From the IMG/VR virus record IMGVR_UViG_2547132254_000004, positions 1 to 44,342 of that record: DNA of 44,342 bases; one strand, 5' to 3'. A program made the translations under genes and the position numbers. The stretch is from a virus (taxonomy: Duplodnaviria > Heunggongvirae > Uroviricota > Caudoviricetes). Under the pieces are notes generated by a model that worked only from the letters and a program-made list of their open reading frames with translations, did not search any database and was not told the DNA's origin. This document shows positions 1 to 12,127 of the stretch, in pieces (the first letter of the stretch is position 1; the number at the start of each line of letters is the position of its first letter).

Positions 1-1209
1 ATGTCGGTTTTTCATAACTGGCTGCTTGATATCGCAAGCGGGAATTACTTTATCTACATCAAACGCCTTTCTGCAAACGACACAGGCGCAACAGGTGGCC
101 ATCAGGTCGGACTTTATATCCCCTCAAATATCGTTGAAAAGCTTTTTCCATCTATCAATCATACTCGCGAACTGAACCCTTCAGTCTTCCTTACTGCGCA
201 TGTATCATCCCATGATTGCCCTGATACCCAAGCACGCGCAATTTATTACAACAACCGTTATTTTGGTAAGACCCGAAACGAAAAAAGAATTACGCGCTGG
301 GGGAGAGGAAGTCCATTACAGAACCCTGAAAATACAGGAGCCCTCACAATTCTTGCTTTCAGGTTAAACGAACAGAACACTGACTGTTCCGAGGTAGATA
401 TATGGGTCTGCGTCAATCCCGATGAAGAGGATATCATCGAGTCTGCTATTGGCGAAATCATACCTGGAACCCTAATTTCCGGCCCTGCCGGACAAATTTT
501 GGGCGGATTGTCTCTTCAGCAAACTCCAGTAAATCATAAATATGTTATTCCTGAAGACTGGAAGAAGCGTTTTCCTTCTGGAAACGAAATTATTCAATAT
601 GCTGCTGGCCATTATGCTAAAAACTCCAAGGATCCAGATGAGCAACTGATTGACCGTCGGCGTGTCGAGTATGATATTTTTCTACTCGTCGAGGAATTAC
701 ATGTTCTTGATATTATTAAGAAAGGGTTCGATTCTGTAGATGAGTTTATTGCATTAGCCAACTCTGTCAGTAATCGACGTAAATCAAGGGCAGGTAAATC
801 ACTTGAACTTCACCTAGAGAAGCTTTTTATCGAGCACGGACTACGGCATTTCTCCACTCAGGCAGTTACTGAAGGTAATAAAAAACCAGATTTCCTGTTT
901 CCTTCAGCAGAGGCATATCATAACGCTGAATTTCCTGTAGAAAACTTACGTATGCTGGCAGTAAAGACCACCTGCAAAGATCGCTGGCGTCAGATACTGA
1001 ATGAAGCAGATAAAATCCATCAGGTACATTTATTTACGCTGCAAGAAGGTGTTTCTTCAGCACAATACCGAGAAATGAAAGATGCGGGTGTCAGACTCGT
1101 TGTACCATCAACTTTACATAAAAAATACCCAGAAGCAGTTAGAGAAGAATTAATAACGCTCGGAGCATTCATTACTGAGCTGATAGAACTTTACACTGAA
1201 CTATCATAG
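1..1209 (+). CDS. ecoRIIR: Type II restriction endonuclease, EcoRII family (CCWGG-type)
   Basis: 402-aa ORF starting at ATG pos 1; N-terminus MSVFHNWLL...YIKRLSANDTGATGGHQVGLYIP and overall length match my recollection of R.EcoRII; convergent with a Dcm-type methyltransferase. Identity from memory, not a search. Confidence 0.85.
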   Translation: MSVFHNWLLDIASGNYFIYIKRLSANDTGATGGHQVGLYIPSNIVEKLFPSINHTRELNPSVFLTAHVSSHDCPDTQARAIYYNNRYFGKTRNEKRITRWGRGSPLQNPENTGALTILAFRLNEQNTDCSEVDIWVCVNPDEEDIIESAIGEIIPGTLISGPAGQILGGLSLQQTPVNHKYVIPEDWKKRFPSGNEIIQYAAGHYAKNSKDPDEQLIDRRRVEYDIFLLVEELHVLDIIKKGFDSVDEFIALANSVSNRRKSRAGKSLELHLEKLFIEHGLRHFSTQAVTEGNKKPDFLFPSAEAYHNAEFPVENLRMLAVKTTCKDRWRQILNEADKIHQVHLFTLQEGVSSAQYREMKDAGVRLVVPSTLHKKYPEAVREELITLGAFITELIELYTELS

Positions 1210-1214
1210 GCTGA

Positions 1215-1237
1215 CTCCCGGCTTAAAAGGCCGGGAG
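1215..1237. terminator. Inverted repeat between the convergent R and M stop codons (possible bidirectional terminator)
   Basis: CTCCCGGC-N7-GCCGGGAG stem in the 34-bp gap between stops at 1209 and 1244; no clear U-tract. Confidence 0.4.
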
Positions 1238-1243
1238 GTGTTC

Positions 1244-2677
1244 TCAAGGCTGCCCAGTCTTACCAGCATCAGCAGAAACAGCTTTGAGGATATAGGGTTC
1301 CAGAAGTCTGGCAACGGCTTCAAATACTGGCACCACAACGGAGTTACCGAACTGCCGATATGACTGAGTATCTGAAACCGGAATACGGAATGGTTTCCCT
1401 CCAGGTTTTTCAAACCCCATAAGGCGTGCGCACTCTCGGGGAGTCAGCCTGCGTGGTCGACGAGCCTGGTTACTCTCATTCATAAAGTCAGCCTCTCCCG
1501 TTGCCATATCCCAACCACGATCAATAAGAATTTCTGATCCGTCTTTGTGATATCTGGCAGAAAGTGTGCGTGCAATGCTTTCCTTATTCTCAGGATTGAC
1601 CAACCCAAAGCCAAAACCATTCCCCTTGGCTGCATGCTTTTTGGCGTAGTTATAAAGGTACTCCCATAGTTTTGGCGTAAGTATATATTTACTGTCGACT
1701 ACAGGCTCCAGCAATTCACCAAATGATGGGCGGTGTTCCGGATAAAAACGACTGATATCACGCAAGGTAAACCCCTTGTGAATATTCAGATCTCGTCTAA
1801 ATCCGACCAGAACAATGCGTTCACGATGCTGAGGCAAAAAATGCTTCCCATCGATAATCTTTGGATCGTTTTTTCCCATTTCTGCAGCATCGGCAACTTC
1901 GTAGCCCAGCTCGTCAAGGGTCTCCATAATGACTTTGAAAGTTTTACCCTTATCATGGCTCTTCAGATTTTTGACATTTTCCAGCACAAAAATTGCCGGT
2001 TTTTTTGCTCGTATAATACGTGCCACGTCAAAAAAAAGTGTTCCTTGTGCTTCACATTCAAAACCATGCGCACGACCAAGTGAGTTTTTCTTACTAACAC
2101 CAGCAAGGCTAAATGGCTGGCACGGGAACCCCGCAAGAAGCACATCATGATCCGGCACATGCTCATCAATATATGCATAAGCATCCGTTTCCAATACATC
2201 GGTTTTATCACTCAGCGTGACTTCCCGAATATCGAGATTGAATTTATGCACCTGTTCATCGTTAAACCAGTTGGCCTTGTATGTACGCACAGCATCTTTA
2301 TTCCATTCACTGGTAAAAACACACTGGCCTCCAATGGCCTCAAAACCTTTCCGTATCCCTCCAATTCCAGCAAATAAGTCAATGAAGCGGAAAGCATATT
2401 CCGGATGGTTTGCAGGTGGTTCTGGTAGCATCTTACGCAGAAGAGACTCTTCTACTGAAGTCAACGATTTTGGTAAACACTTGCCATTAATCCAGCGGTT
2501 AATGGTTTCACGGCTCCACTCATTTTTTCCGACTTTTCTCAGTAATTCAGCCACATACTTCTGATCATAGATTTCCAGCACTTTCTCGATAAGCTTTTTA
2601 TCATTTTCCTGTCGCAGCTTTTCTTCCGCCTCGGCTTCCTTCAGCAGATGCTGTGCCAACACTTCAAATTCAGACAT
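1244..2677 (-). CDS. ecoRIIM: DNA-cytosine C5-methyltransferase, M.EcoRII/Dcm family
   Basis: C5-MTase motifs [26 protein letters not shown]. Start placed at ATG 2677 (MSEFE..., 477 aa) preceded by GGAGG; track ORF extends 14 codons further to 2719. Confidence 0.9.
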   Translation of the reverse strand: MSEFEVLAQHLLKEAEAEEKLRQENDKKLIEKVLEIYDQKYVAELLRKVGKNEWSRETINRWINGKCLPKSLTSVEESLLRKMLPEPPANHPEYAFRFIDLFAGIGGIRKGFEAIGGQCVFTSEWNKDAVRTYKANWFNDEQVHKFNLDIREVTLSDKTDVLETDAYAYIDEHVPDHDVLLAGFPCQPFSLAGVSKKNSLGRAHGFECEAQGTLFFDVARIIRAKKPAIFVLENVKNLKSHDKGKTFKVIMETLDELGYEVADAAEMGKNDPKIIDGKHFLPQHRERIVLVGFRRDLNIHKGFTLRDISRFYPEHRPSFGELLEPVVDSKYILTPKLWEYLYNYAKKHAAKGNGFGFGLVNPENKESIARTLSARYHKDGSEILIDRGWDMATGEADFMNESNQARRPRRLTPRECARLMGFEKPGGKPFRIPVSDTQSYRQFGNSVVVPVFEAVARLLEPYILKAVSADAGKTGQP

Positions 2678-2984
2678 AATTCCTCCAAGGGGTCTAATGG
2701 GTGAAACTTTATCACTCATTCAACCCAGAAGGAAATGTTTTATCTGGATATTTAAACAGTGACTACAACGTAATCTAGCACTGGTGATGCTTTGTTAGGC
2801 ATAGAGAATCATTCTATATACGACTAATGACAGAAAAACAGCAGACAAGTAGTTTGTTCATAAATTAACGCATACTACGTGCCTACGGTTTTCGAGACCG
2901 GTCCAATCATCAAACGAAACATAAAATTAGCTCACATTATGAGGAAAAGTATCTTTTTTGTACTCTGTAAATTCAAAGGCTTAG

Positions 2985-3971
<987 letters not shown>

Positions 3972-4404
3972 TATTCTCAGCAGGACACCGGTCAGATAGT
4001 GCGGCAGATCAATGTCTGGTGAATATTGATGTCCGCTGCCCGCTGATTCTATTGCCGAAACTGTGCGGGAAAAGATGTGGCAAGATATTGTTGGTAAAAA
4101 ATTCTCAGTGACTTTATGCCAGCAAATCAGTTTACCTGGCATCCAGTATCGTGTGCGGTGGATAATGTCAAAAAACATGGGGAGTCGATTAAACAGGTAT
4201 AATCGTTAAAAACCTTCAAACTCCAGGCAAAACCCTATTTCATAGAACATGTACTTTCATCTGGTATACATGAACGAATTATGACTGCGTTAGTAAAATT
4301 ATCCTGGTTAAATTACAGGCAGAGATATATGTTCCAGTCCAGTGTTTTTTCGTTTACAATATTTATCTTTCATTATCACTTGACTTTATTAAAAGAGGTT
4401 CGTT

Positions 4405-5470
4405 GTGACGAATGTTTTTGGGAAGAGAATATATACCCTGGATGTTCTGAGAGGATTTGCCGCACTTTCCGTTGTGTTATGGCATTGGCAACATTTTTTT
4501 ATGAAAAAGAATGCTGCATCTGACATAATCATAAACCGCCAACCTTTTTATGAATTTTTTCCGTCTTTTATCATTACGGTTTATATGCTGTCGAATTGTT
4601 TTTTATGATTTCTGGATTCATATTTTTTTATCTATACGCTGACAATATACACAGCAATAAAACCTCAGCAAAAACTTTTATAGTTAACCGTGTCAGTAGA
4701 TTATATCCACTTTATATATTTACATTTGCTGTCGTGGCAATATTACAAATTATTTTCTTTAAAAGTCATAATTATTTTTTGTTTATCCTATGAATGACAT
4801 TTACCATGCCATTCTGAATTTATTGATGATTCAATCATGGGGATTTGAGCGAGGTTGGTCCTTCAACGCCCCGACATGGTCCGTGTCGATTGAAGTACTT
4901 ATGTACATGATATTTTTTATATTATGCAAGTTCACATCAAAAACAACATTCATATCAATTTTAATAGTTGCATTATCGTACTACTTTTTCAAAATTAACA
5001 ATCCCATAATGATCGGCGCATTCTCTTTCTTTATTGGTGGTCTGACTTATAAAATTACGATTGCGGCCATAAAAAATATTAGCGCAAAGTTATTTTTTAT
5101 TTTTGCTTGTGTTTTTCTATTGATCTCATGGGGAGTTATATTTACCCTGCAAGTAGCAGATATATTCTCAATTATCTTATTCGGATTTACCTCCATAATC
5201 TTTTTCCTTGTATCAATTAGCGCAATACGAAACGATTTTGGGAAAAAAATTGAATGGTTGGGCGATATCAGTTATTCATCTTATCTTTTACATTTTCCTT
5301 TGCAAATCATTGTTGTTTATTTAGCTGACAAGATTGGCTATGGACGCGATCTTTTTTACAGCCCCAAGGTATTCATTTTATTCATGCTTACATTAATGGC
5401 AATTAGCTATATGTCATATATATTCATTGAAAAACCATCGCAACAATTCATCCGAGATAAATTTCATTAA
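4405..5470 (+). pseudogene. Acyltransferase family 3 (O-antigen/LPS acetylase-like) gene split over three frames
   Basis: Track ORFs 4405-4608, 4596-4793, 4790-5470 lie in three frames and concatenate to ~358 aa with N-terminal LDVLRGFAALSVVLWH and a WSVSIEV motif; highly hydrophobic; both junctions at T6 runs; GTG start at 4405 preceded by AAGAGG; AT-rich. Confidence 0.6.
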
Positions 5471-5488
5471 GTAAAGTCACTTTGCAAT

Positions 5489-5523
5489 GATTAGAGTCAA
5501 CAACTATTACTTTGACTCTAATC
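5489..5523. repeat. Perfect 12-bp inverted repeat (GATTAGAGTCAA-N11-TTGACTCTAATC) between convergent genes
   Basis: Read directly; lies between the acyltransferase stop (5470) and the tail fibre assembly gene stop (5731); no U-tract. Confidence 0.4.
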
Positions 5524-5730
5524 ACACTGCAGTTTATCCGTATGCTCTATATTCATAAAAATCGACATCAATATATAGAATGGAAATAAACGAAACCGCG
5601 TCACATCCTCAATATAGAAGCGTTCAAAGCCTTGCAAACCATTGCGAGGCTTTATGTGTCACAGTTTTGTCCTACTTTTATTACACAAAAAGAATTGAGT
5701 TACAATTAAACCGCTTCTCCTCAACAGACT

Positions 5731-6171
5731 TTACTCAGCGAAGCACGGTTCATCCGGCCACTCAAAATCCGGTGCAATGCTGGTATCTGTTGCCGTCACA
5801 GCCTCGATATAATCCAGCACAACGTTAAGTCGGGTAGTTTCTTCTTGCGTCAGTTTGCGCCCGGCCTGCAGCTTTAACTGAATCACGCTGATATTGGCCA
5901 TTGCTGCGTCTATCAGCGACTGTTTTTTCTGTTCAGCGTCAGCTACCAGTTCATCATGAGAACGTTCCGGAGGGAGCGGCGCAGTAAATACCCCGTCTGA
6001 ATACCCCCAGCCGATTCCGGGATGCTCACTGATATCAGAAATATCAATGAGCTGCTGATTATCCGGCACTGTGAATTCAGCCTCGCCATCCCAGACAATG
6101 ACATTCACAACCATCCCATTTTCAATAACTGCATATGACGCATTCATTATGCAAACTCCTCGATAATACAA
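5731..6171 (-). CDS. Tail fibre assembly protein (Tfa/Mu U-like)
   Basis: 146 aa directly downstream of the tail fibre gene on the minus strand; sequence typical of enterobacterial prophage Tfa proteins. Confidence 0.75.
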   Translation of the reverse strand: MYYRGVCIMNASYAVIENGMVVNVIVWDGEAEFTVPDNQQLIDISDISEHPGIGWGYSDGVFTAPLPPERSHDELVADAEQKKQSLIDAAMANISVIQLKLQAGRKLTQEETTRLNVVLDYIEAVTATDTSIAPDFEWPDEPCFAE

Positions 6172-7073
6172 ATCCCAGCAGCACCTTTCCCGCCTGTCAT
6201 ACTGGTTCCGCTATAACCGGCATCGTATGCGCCACCGCCACCTGAACCATATGCCTTACCACTAACACCACCGCCAGCGCCTGCGCGTCCACCGCCCCCC
6301 CAGTACGATGTTCCGCCTTCACCGCTGACGCCGATATTTCCGGACTGACCGTCGCCTCCATTTCCACCAATGATGTTGATACCGCCAGTACTTGGCACAC
6401 CGCCGTTACCACCGTTCGTGTTTGTGACTCCTGATTTTCCACCACCTTCACCACCAGGGGCTATTACCGATCCGAACGAGCTATCACCGCCCTTGAGGCC
6501 GTTCGTCGCACTAACGCCGCCGGCCCCACCTGCGCCGATAGTGACAGGATAACTATCCTTCGTCAGGATCAGCGTGGTGATTACTGTCCCACCTGCCCCG
6601 CCGCCAGCACCGAAAAACGTTTCATTATTGGATATAGCCTTACAGCCGCCCCCTCCGCCACCGCCGCCCGTTATTGTGACCCTGATCCGTTTTGTTCCTG
6701 GCGTCGGGGTGTACGTACCTGATGACGTGAAAACCCGGGTATTCACCCAGCGTCCCACGTATCCGCTTGTATCCCCCAAACCAAGGTTTTCGAGAGCCGT
6801 TTTCACCGTGCCGTCCGATTTGATATCGCCAAACGGATTCTTGCGGCTTAACAGCAGCGCGCGAAGTGCGGTAAGCAACTGATCGTGCCGCCCCTTCTCC
6901 AGACTGGCACCGGATGCCTCCACAACACTGCAAAGTTCCTCCTGCAACATGTCAAAGTAGTCATCATCCAGATCGGTGGCAGGCGTGCCTGTCTGGGGGT
7001 TACCACGGGTAAAACCGTTCTTACCCGCGCCGAACTTATCCTTTTGCGCGGTTTTCGTGTCTATACGATGCAT
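6147..7073 (-). CDS. Tail fibre protein with glycine-rich repeats
   Basis: 308 aa with ATG start; long GGxGG tracts including a G8 run; last gene of the Mu-like baseplate/fibre block. Confidence 0.75.
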   Translation of the reverse strand: MHRIDTKTAQKDKFGAGKNGFTRGNPQTGTPATDLDDDYFDMLQEELCSVVEASGASLEKGRHDQLLTALRALLLSRKNPFGDIKSDGTVKTALENLGLGDTSGYVGRWVNTRVFTSSGTYTPTPGTKRIRVTITGGGGGGGGCKAISNNETFFGAGGGAGGTVITTLILTKDSYPVTIGAGGAGGVSATNGLKGGDSSFGSVIAPGGEGGGKSGVTNTNGGNGGVPSTGGINIIGGNGGDGQSGNIGVSGEGGTSYWGGGGRAGAGGGVSGKAYGSGGGGAYDAGYSGTSMTGGKGAAGICIIEEFA

Positions 7074-7076
7074 GGA

Positions 7077-7661
7077 TTACTCCGGATATTTAAAAATTAC
7101 GTAGGTATGCGACGGGCAGAGTTTGTTAAGCACGCACTCGATAACGGTGTCCCCCCAGATACGCAGTGCGGAATCGCAGGGATCGCCACATGTCATCCAG
7201 GTGGTGTTGGTGGCAGCTGGCATATTGACCTGCCAGTAATACCGCCATTCCGGCGCATTCACCGCGTCAGTACAGGCCGATGAGCAGGTGAACGTGCTTT
7301 TGTCGTATCGCGTGATGGTGGCATCTGGTCTGCCCAGGGCAGCAAGCTGCGCAAGGTAAAAATCCTCATTGATGCCGCCCGCCAGGTTAACCTTCGCATC
7401 CAGCCGTTGCTGACGCTGGCGAAGGGTCTGCGTCCCTGCCGGAATACATTCATCCGGCAGGCCGCACAGACGCTCCCAGCGGTTTATCAGTTCGGTGGTG
7501 GTGCGCGGATCCAGCTCCCGCATCAGGGCATCCGCACGCTGATGAACGCGGGTTAATGACGGTGCCGCACCGGCAATCGCCGGATCGCTGGCTGACCACG
7601 CCGGACCGGGGGGCAACAGTGCCGACAACAGACGGATGTAATCATCGTTTGTCACGTCCAT
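7077..7661 (-). CDS. Mu gp48-like tail protein (YmfQ/DUF2313 type)
   Basis: 194 aa in conserved order between the baseplate J-like gene and the tail fibre; recalled similarity to e14 YmfQ-type proteins. Confidence 0.65.
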   Translation of the reverse strand: MDVTNDDYIRLLSALLPPGPAWSASDPAIAGAAPSLTRVHQRADALMRELDPRTTTELINRWERLCGLPDECIPAGTQTLRQRQQRLDAKVNLAGGINEDFYLAQLAALGRPDATITRYDKSTFTCSSACTDAVNAPEWRYYWQVNMPAATNTTWMTCGDPCDSALRIWGDTVIECVLNKLCPSHTYVIFKYPE

Positions 7662-8710
7662 GAAATCGTCCCCAGTACCGCCAGTTCATTTTTTGCAATG
7701 GAGATATTGTCTGCCGGTGCAAGCAACTGATGGCTGTATTCCCCGTTCGCACCGGAAATCGCCTCACTGATACGCGATACCTTCAGTTCTCCCTGCGGAT
7801 AACCATCACGCAGCAGGAACGAACGCAACTCCGCGGTGATGGCAGCCCGTATTTCCGGTGTGTCCGGCGTCACACGGATATGAAAATCCACCGTATGTGC
7901 CACCGGCCTGAACACATACAAATCAGAGCCTGCCACCGGGGCCAGTGGCCCGATATGTTGTCTTGCCGCCGTTTCCGTTGATTCTTCCGGAATGGGATTA
8001 ATCAGGTCACTGCTGGCAATCATCACACCGACAGTCCCCGTTCCCATCCAGTGTCGGTATGTCCATGCGCGGGTAATGCCAGGCACTTCTTTAGCCCAGA
8101 CGACATAGTCCCCGTCAGCCCCGCCCTGCGGCGTCCAGTAATACCGCTCAATGACGCGGGCGCGCCACGTTTCCAGCTCTTCAGTATCAAATCCGCCTGT
8201 CAGGGTGTCAGCCACACCGGAAGACGGCAGACCATTCACCGGCGTGACCAGGATTAATGCCGTACCGTCGTCAGCGTTACCGACCGCACCTGCACTTGAG
8301 CAGGCGATCGGCACGCGCAGGACACCACCGGAGCTGATTGCATCGTCAGTTGTCGTGTACTGCACCAGGTCATCGCGCTGAATAACACTCCCGGCAGTCA
8401 CCTTCAGGCCATCGCTGACACCTTCCCAGCGCATATACCCGCTGGCAACCGTGGCTCCCTTACGCGGACACCGTTTCATCGCAGCATGTCGCGCCAGCCA
8501 GAACTCATCGCACAGGTCAGGCAGCATGTTCATTGCCAGATAATCGATGTACCCGTAAACCGTATGCAGCGCCGCCGCATACACCTTTGCCCGCACGTCT
8601 TCATCCATGCGCCGGAGCGTGTCGCTGACGTCCAGCCTGGCGAATAAATCGTTACGGAGCATACTGATATTTTCTGCCAGCGTCGGGCGCTGAAATTCAC
8701 TGTCCGCCAT
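7652..8710 (-). CDS. Baseplate J-like protein (Mu gp47-like)
   Basis: 352 aa, translationally overlapping both neighbours; position and sequence consistent with the baseplate J family. Confidence 0.75.
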   Translation of the reverse strand: MADSEFQRPTLAENISMLRNDLFARLDVSDTLRRMDEDVRAKVYAAALHTVYGYIDYLAMNMLPDLCDEFWLARHAAMKRCPRKGATVASGYMRWEGVSDGLKVTAGSVIQRDDLVQYTTTDDAISSGGVLRVPIACSSAGAVGNADDGTALILVTPVNGLPSSGVADTLTGGFDTEELETWRARVIERYYWTPQGGADGDYVVWAKEVPGITRAWTYRHWMGTGTVGVMIASSDLINPIPEESTETAARQHIGPLAPVAGSDLYVFRPVAHTVDFHIRVTPDTPEIRAAITAELRSFLLRDGYPQGELKVSRISEAISGANGEYSHQLLAPADNISIAKNELAVLGTISWT

Positions 8711-9125
8711 GCGTTATCGCACTCCACAGATCATCAAAAGAAATCATTACCGGTCCGTCACGACGCCAGAGAGTGATACTGTTACCCAGTTCATTAATCC
8801 CGGTGCGGCGGATATCCAGATCAATGCGGGACACCACGCCGTCATCAATCATCCATTGCAGGCATTCGCGGATATACCCCCTTACCGTCTGCACCAGTTG
8901 ATTGGTCAGTTTGCTGCGCTGAAGCAGCCACAGTCGGGAGCCGTAACGGTCATTCTGTACCGCAGGCCAGGTATCCCCCCACCATCCCATCGGGACGTCG
9001 GCATTGTCATCAGGCTCCGCCCGCCGCCAGGTAAACAGGGAAATCACCACGGCGCGGGTCAGCGGATCCAGCGGTGCGCTGGCGCAGGTGCGTTTACCGT
9101 TCACCGTCAGCCACAGTTCCATCAT
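8697..9125 (-). CDS. Mu gp46-like baseplate protein
   Basis: 142 aa in conserved synteny between the gp45-like and gp47-like genes. Confidence 0.6.
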   Translation of the reverse strand: MMELWLTVNGKRTCASAPLDPLTRAVVISLFTWRRAEPDDNADVPMGWWGDTWPAVQNDRYGSRLWLLQRSKLTNQLVQTVRGYIRECLQWMIDDGVVSRIDLDIRRTGINELGNSITLWRRDGPVMISFDDLWSAITHGGQ

Positions 9126-9670
9126 GCCTCCATCGCTTTATCAGGTTTGTCGGTGTTACTGCCCTGACCGTTCTCTCTGTGACGATGCCCGTTATAGGCA
9201 AGCCGCATCGCTGACATGGTGGTGCCGCCGGAGTCGCACAGGTCTTTCACCTGTCCGGTCACTTCAAGGTCCATTTCAAAACGTGCTTCAGGTGCATTGC
9301 GAAACGTGATCGTTTTACCTGCACCGTCCACCACGATCCCCTCCCGGGTCAGCGTCACGGACTGCCCCTGATCGTCATAGACAGCCACCTCACCCGTCTG
9401 CAGCCCTTTCAGGCGGTAGCGCCGGTCCGACACCGTAACAACCACCGCATGAGAACGATCGCCATCCGGAAACAACACCACCGCTTCCGCACCGCTGTTT
9501 GCCCTTGCGGTAAAACCGTAGGGTTCAAGATGTTCAACCCCGGCTTTGGGTTCACCGGCAATCAGGGACACATCCACGGTCTGACATTTCGTGGCGGCAC
9601 TGATGCTTTTCACCACGGCCCGCCCAATCAGGCCGAGGAGTTGTCGCTGCATGGCTTCAATCGTCCTCAT
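9122..9670 (-). CDS. Baseplate assembly protein V / spike (Mu gp45-like)
   Basis: 182 aa in conserved synteny; overlapping stop/start with neighbours. Confidence 0.65.
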   Translation of the reverse strand: MRTIEAMQRQLLGLIGRAVVKSISAATKCQTVDVSLIAGEPKAGVEHLEPYGFTARANSGAEAVVLFPDGDRSHAVVVTVSDRRYRLKGLQTGEVAVYDDQGQSVTLTREGIVVDGAGKTITFRNAPEARFEMDLEVTGQVKDLCDSGGTTMSAMRLAYNGHRHRENGQGSNTDKPDKAMEA

Positions 9671-10749
9671 CAGAACGGGTCCTCCTGTACTCTGGCTTTT
9701 TTCTTTTTCCGCGCGCCGGGGGCTTCGGGTTCAGGCAGATAAGCATCAGGTGGGCCGACTCGGATTTCCGTCAGGGTGCCGTTCTGGTCCTGAGTAAACG
9801 TGACTTCCGAGACAAGCAGTTCGGTATTGTCGAAACCACAGACCGGATCGAAGACAATCACCCGCTGGTTGGGCTGCCACAGCGTACCGTTACCCTGTCG
9901 CCAGCCCTGCACCACATAGGTGGTTTCATCCGTCCGCGCCGCCCGTTGCCGGGCTTCAAAGTCCGCACGGGCAATACAGCCTGCCCCCGTAGCCTGCCCT
10001 GTCTGCCTGATATACATCGGACGGTAACGGGCAATAAATGCGTCTTCTGTGCGGGCCCGCAGCGCGGTGGTGGTGGCCTCACCGAAATCATCGTCATTTC
10101 CGGCACGCTGCCCCGCCACCTGGTAAACTGAAAACCGCTCCCGGATACTCTTCTCCGTATCGCAGGAAAGGATGTTTTCCCCAAGTACCAGCGCGGTATG
10201 TGCCCGCGTTGAGCCAATACCGCCAATCACTAGCCTGCCGTGCGGGTCGTCGTAAGCCAGCGCCTGCTGCTGACCGAGTATTTTGTTGATCACCTCAATC
10301 ACCGTTTCACCGTGATCAGGCTGGACATCAGGAATAACACCAGACGGCGCACCGCTGTTCACCACCTCAATGCCGAAAGGCGCAGCAAGCGCCTGCGCAA
10401 TCTGAACCAGCGATCGTCCGTTAAACTGTGTCGGTTCGGCTGCACAGTCAATCAGGTCAGCGGTCAGACTACGCCCAGCAATACCGGTGCTGACCGAACG
10501 GGCATCGTAACGAACGGGAGTCGCCTCCACCCAGCCGGTGATCACCAGCTCATCACCAATCAGCACTTCCACTTTTGAACCGTTTTTAATACGCGGCTGA
10601 AGCGTGGTGATACCCTCATCTCCCGGCCACTGGCGGGTGATCTCCACACTGAAATCCCGCGTCAGCCGTTCAATACCGGCACCGATGCGCACCGATGTCC
10701 AGCCATTCCACTCCCGGCCATTTACCCGTAGCGTGACTTTATCATTCAT
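9670..10749 (-). CDS. Mu P (gp44)-like tail/baseplate hub protein
   Basis: 359 aa following the DNA circularisation gene in Mu order. Confidence 0.6.
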   Translation of the reverse strand: MNDKVTLRVNGREWNGWTSVRIGAGIERLTRDFSVEITRQWPGDEGITTLQPRIKNGSKVEVLIGDELVITGWVEATPVRYDARSVSTGIAGRSLTADLIDCAAEPTQFNGRSLVQIAQALAAPFGIEVVNSGAPSGVIPDVQPDHGETVIEVINKILGQQQALAYDDPHGRLVIGGIGSTRAHTALVLGENILSCDTEKSIRERFSVYQVAGQRAGNDDDFGEATTTALRARTEDAFIARYRPMYIRQTGQATGAGCIARADFEARQRAARTDETTYVVQGWRQGNGTLWQPNQRVIVFDPVCGFDNTELLVSEVTFTQDQNGTLTEIRVGPPDAYLPEPEAPGARKKKKARVQEDPF

Positions 10750-12074
10750 AGCACTGGCACCTTCAGAGGGATCACCGGCACAAAGCCGGGATGCGTAATG
10801 GCATTACGCCGGATAATGTCCGCGTCACGCGCCGCGTTATCAAACCAGGTCGCCGCCAGCACCAGCGCGGGTAAGACCTCATCCGGCGTGCGCTGAATGA
10901 TCCGTGCAGACTGTTCAAGGCGCGTGTTGATATCCGCATTCAGATCTGCTTTCACCCGGCGCAGCGCCAGAAACAGCGCATCACTGGTTGTACGGGACAA
11001 CTCCTTATCAATTGCCGTATTCAGTGTGTCGCGAATGTCAGTCAGTTCTTCCCACGTCGGCAGGTCAACCGTGTTTTTCACCGCCGGTGCATTGTTCAGT
11101 GCCGGATGCGTGACGGAAGGCCAGTCGGTGCTCTGCGCGGGTGTTGTTGACTGCCCCACTGCGGCATTCTGCATCACCGCGGAAATTGTTGGCGCAGGCA
11201 ATCGGGTGATGGCATACGCTGCTTCGCTGATTGCGGTCGTACGAAGGGTGCTGGCAACCACGTTACGCTGCTGCGTTGCCGTGACGGTGGTTTTACTGTC
11301 CGTTTTCCAGACGCCGCGCGGTTGCAGATCGCTGCCGAGGCTGACACCAGAAAGCGTTTTGATCATGGTGACCAGGTCGCTGGCGTTACCATAAAGGCGC
11401 TTCCCGGTACGCCACATTTTCTGCACCTGCTCAACGAAATTTTTTCCTGACGATGGCGGCGGCAGAAGTACCGAGATATCCCCCTGCAACAGCCTGGCGG
11501 CATCCGATACGGCAGAATCCACCACTTTCATCGCATCAGAAACATACCCCAGCATTGTGCTGGCATTACCGATAACGTCGTTCTGTACGAAATCCGCCAC
11601 GCCATCGATACTGAAACCACTGAAGCTGTCACTGATGCAGTCATCCAGCGCAGAACAGGATGACATCAGCGTCTGCGCCGTCGCCGCGCCTGATGTGGGG
11701 TAAGAGAGTTCTCCCGCTTCGACAAACTTCAGGTCAAAGCGGACAATACGCCCTTCACTCTTCGATGTGCTGACCCGAACTTCCCCGTCAACACAGACTT
11801 TCAGCTCACCGTATGTCGGGTGGACAAGCGTGCCGGGACCGGGTTTATTCAGCGCTTCAATCAGGCGATCACGCTGGTCAAAGCAGTCATCTCCCACCAC
11901 ATAAGCCGTGATGGACGGGCGGAAAGTGATTTTCCCCAGGTCTTCGGTATAGGGTTTGTCGCGGTTCGGGTATTCGTGTGTTTCCACACGGCGACCGGTT
12001 CCCGCACTTTCTTCTTCAACCTTAAACGGCACGCCGCGAAATGACGCGTCCTGAAGTCTGTCTTTCCACGTCAT
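10746..12074 (-). CDS. DNA circularisation protein N (Mu gpN-like)
   Basis: Start placed at ATG 12074 (MTWKDRLQDASFRGVPFKVEEE...) with GGAG 7 nt upstream; the track extension to 12116 translates a terminator hairpin. Confidence 0.7.
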   Translation of the reverse strand: MTWKDRLQDASFRGVPFKVEEESAGTGRRVETHEYPNRDKPYTEDLGKITFRPSITAYVVGDDCFDQRDRLIEALNKPGPGTLVHPTYGELKVCVDGEVRVSTSKSEGRIVRFDLKFVEAGELSYPTSGAATAQTLMSSCSALDDCISDSFSGFSIDGVADFVQNDVIGNASTMLGYVSDAMKVVDSAVSDAARLLQGDISVLLPPPSSGKNFVEQVQKMWRTGKRLYGNASDLVTMIKTLSGVSLGSDLQPRGVWKTDSKTTVTATQQRNVVASTLRTTAISEAAYAITRLPAPTISAVMQNAAVGQSTTPAQSTDWPSVTHPALNNAPAVKNTVDLPTWEELTDIRDTLNTAIDKELSRTTSDALFLALRRVKADLNADINTRLEQSARIIQRTPDEVLPALVLAATWFDNAARDADIIRRNAITHPGFVPVIPLKVPVL

Positions 12075-12087
12075 ATAAACTCCGGAT

Positions 12088-12113
12088 ATAAAAAAACCCG
12101 CCGAAGCGGGTTT
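12088..12113 (-). terminator. Rho-independent terminator downstream of the lipoprotein moron
   Basis: Minus-strand reading GAAACCCGC-TTCG-GCGGGTTT followed by a T7 run, 14 nt upstream of the gpN start. Confidence 0.6.
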
Positions 12114-12127
12114 CATTAAATTATCGC

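Noticed and set aside
4281-4523. 80-aa plus-strand ORF overlapping the acyltransferase start
   Set aside because: Alternate frame across a region better explained by the GTG/RBS start at 4405.
6370-6882. Proline-rich plus-strand ORFs opposite the tail fibre gene
   Set aside because: Mirror image of the GGN repeat tract (CCN on the other strand); low complexity, not a gene.
12075-12116. N-terminal extension of the gpN ORF (MKPASAGFFISGVY)
   Set aside because: These codons translate the terminator hairpin and T-run; the ATG at 12074 with a GGAG RBS is the plausible start.
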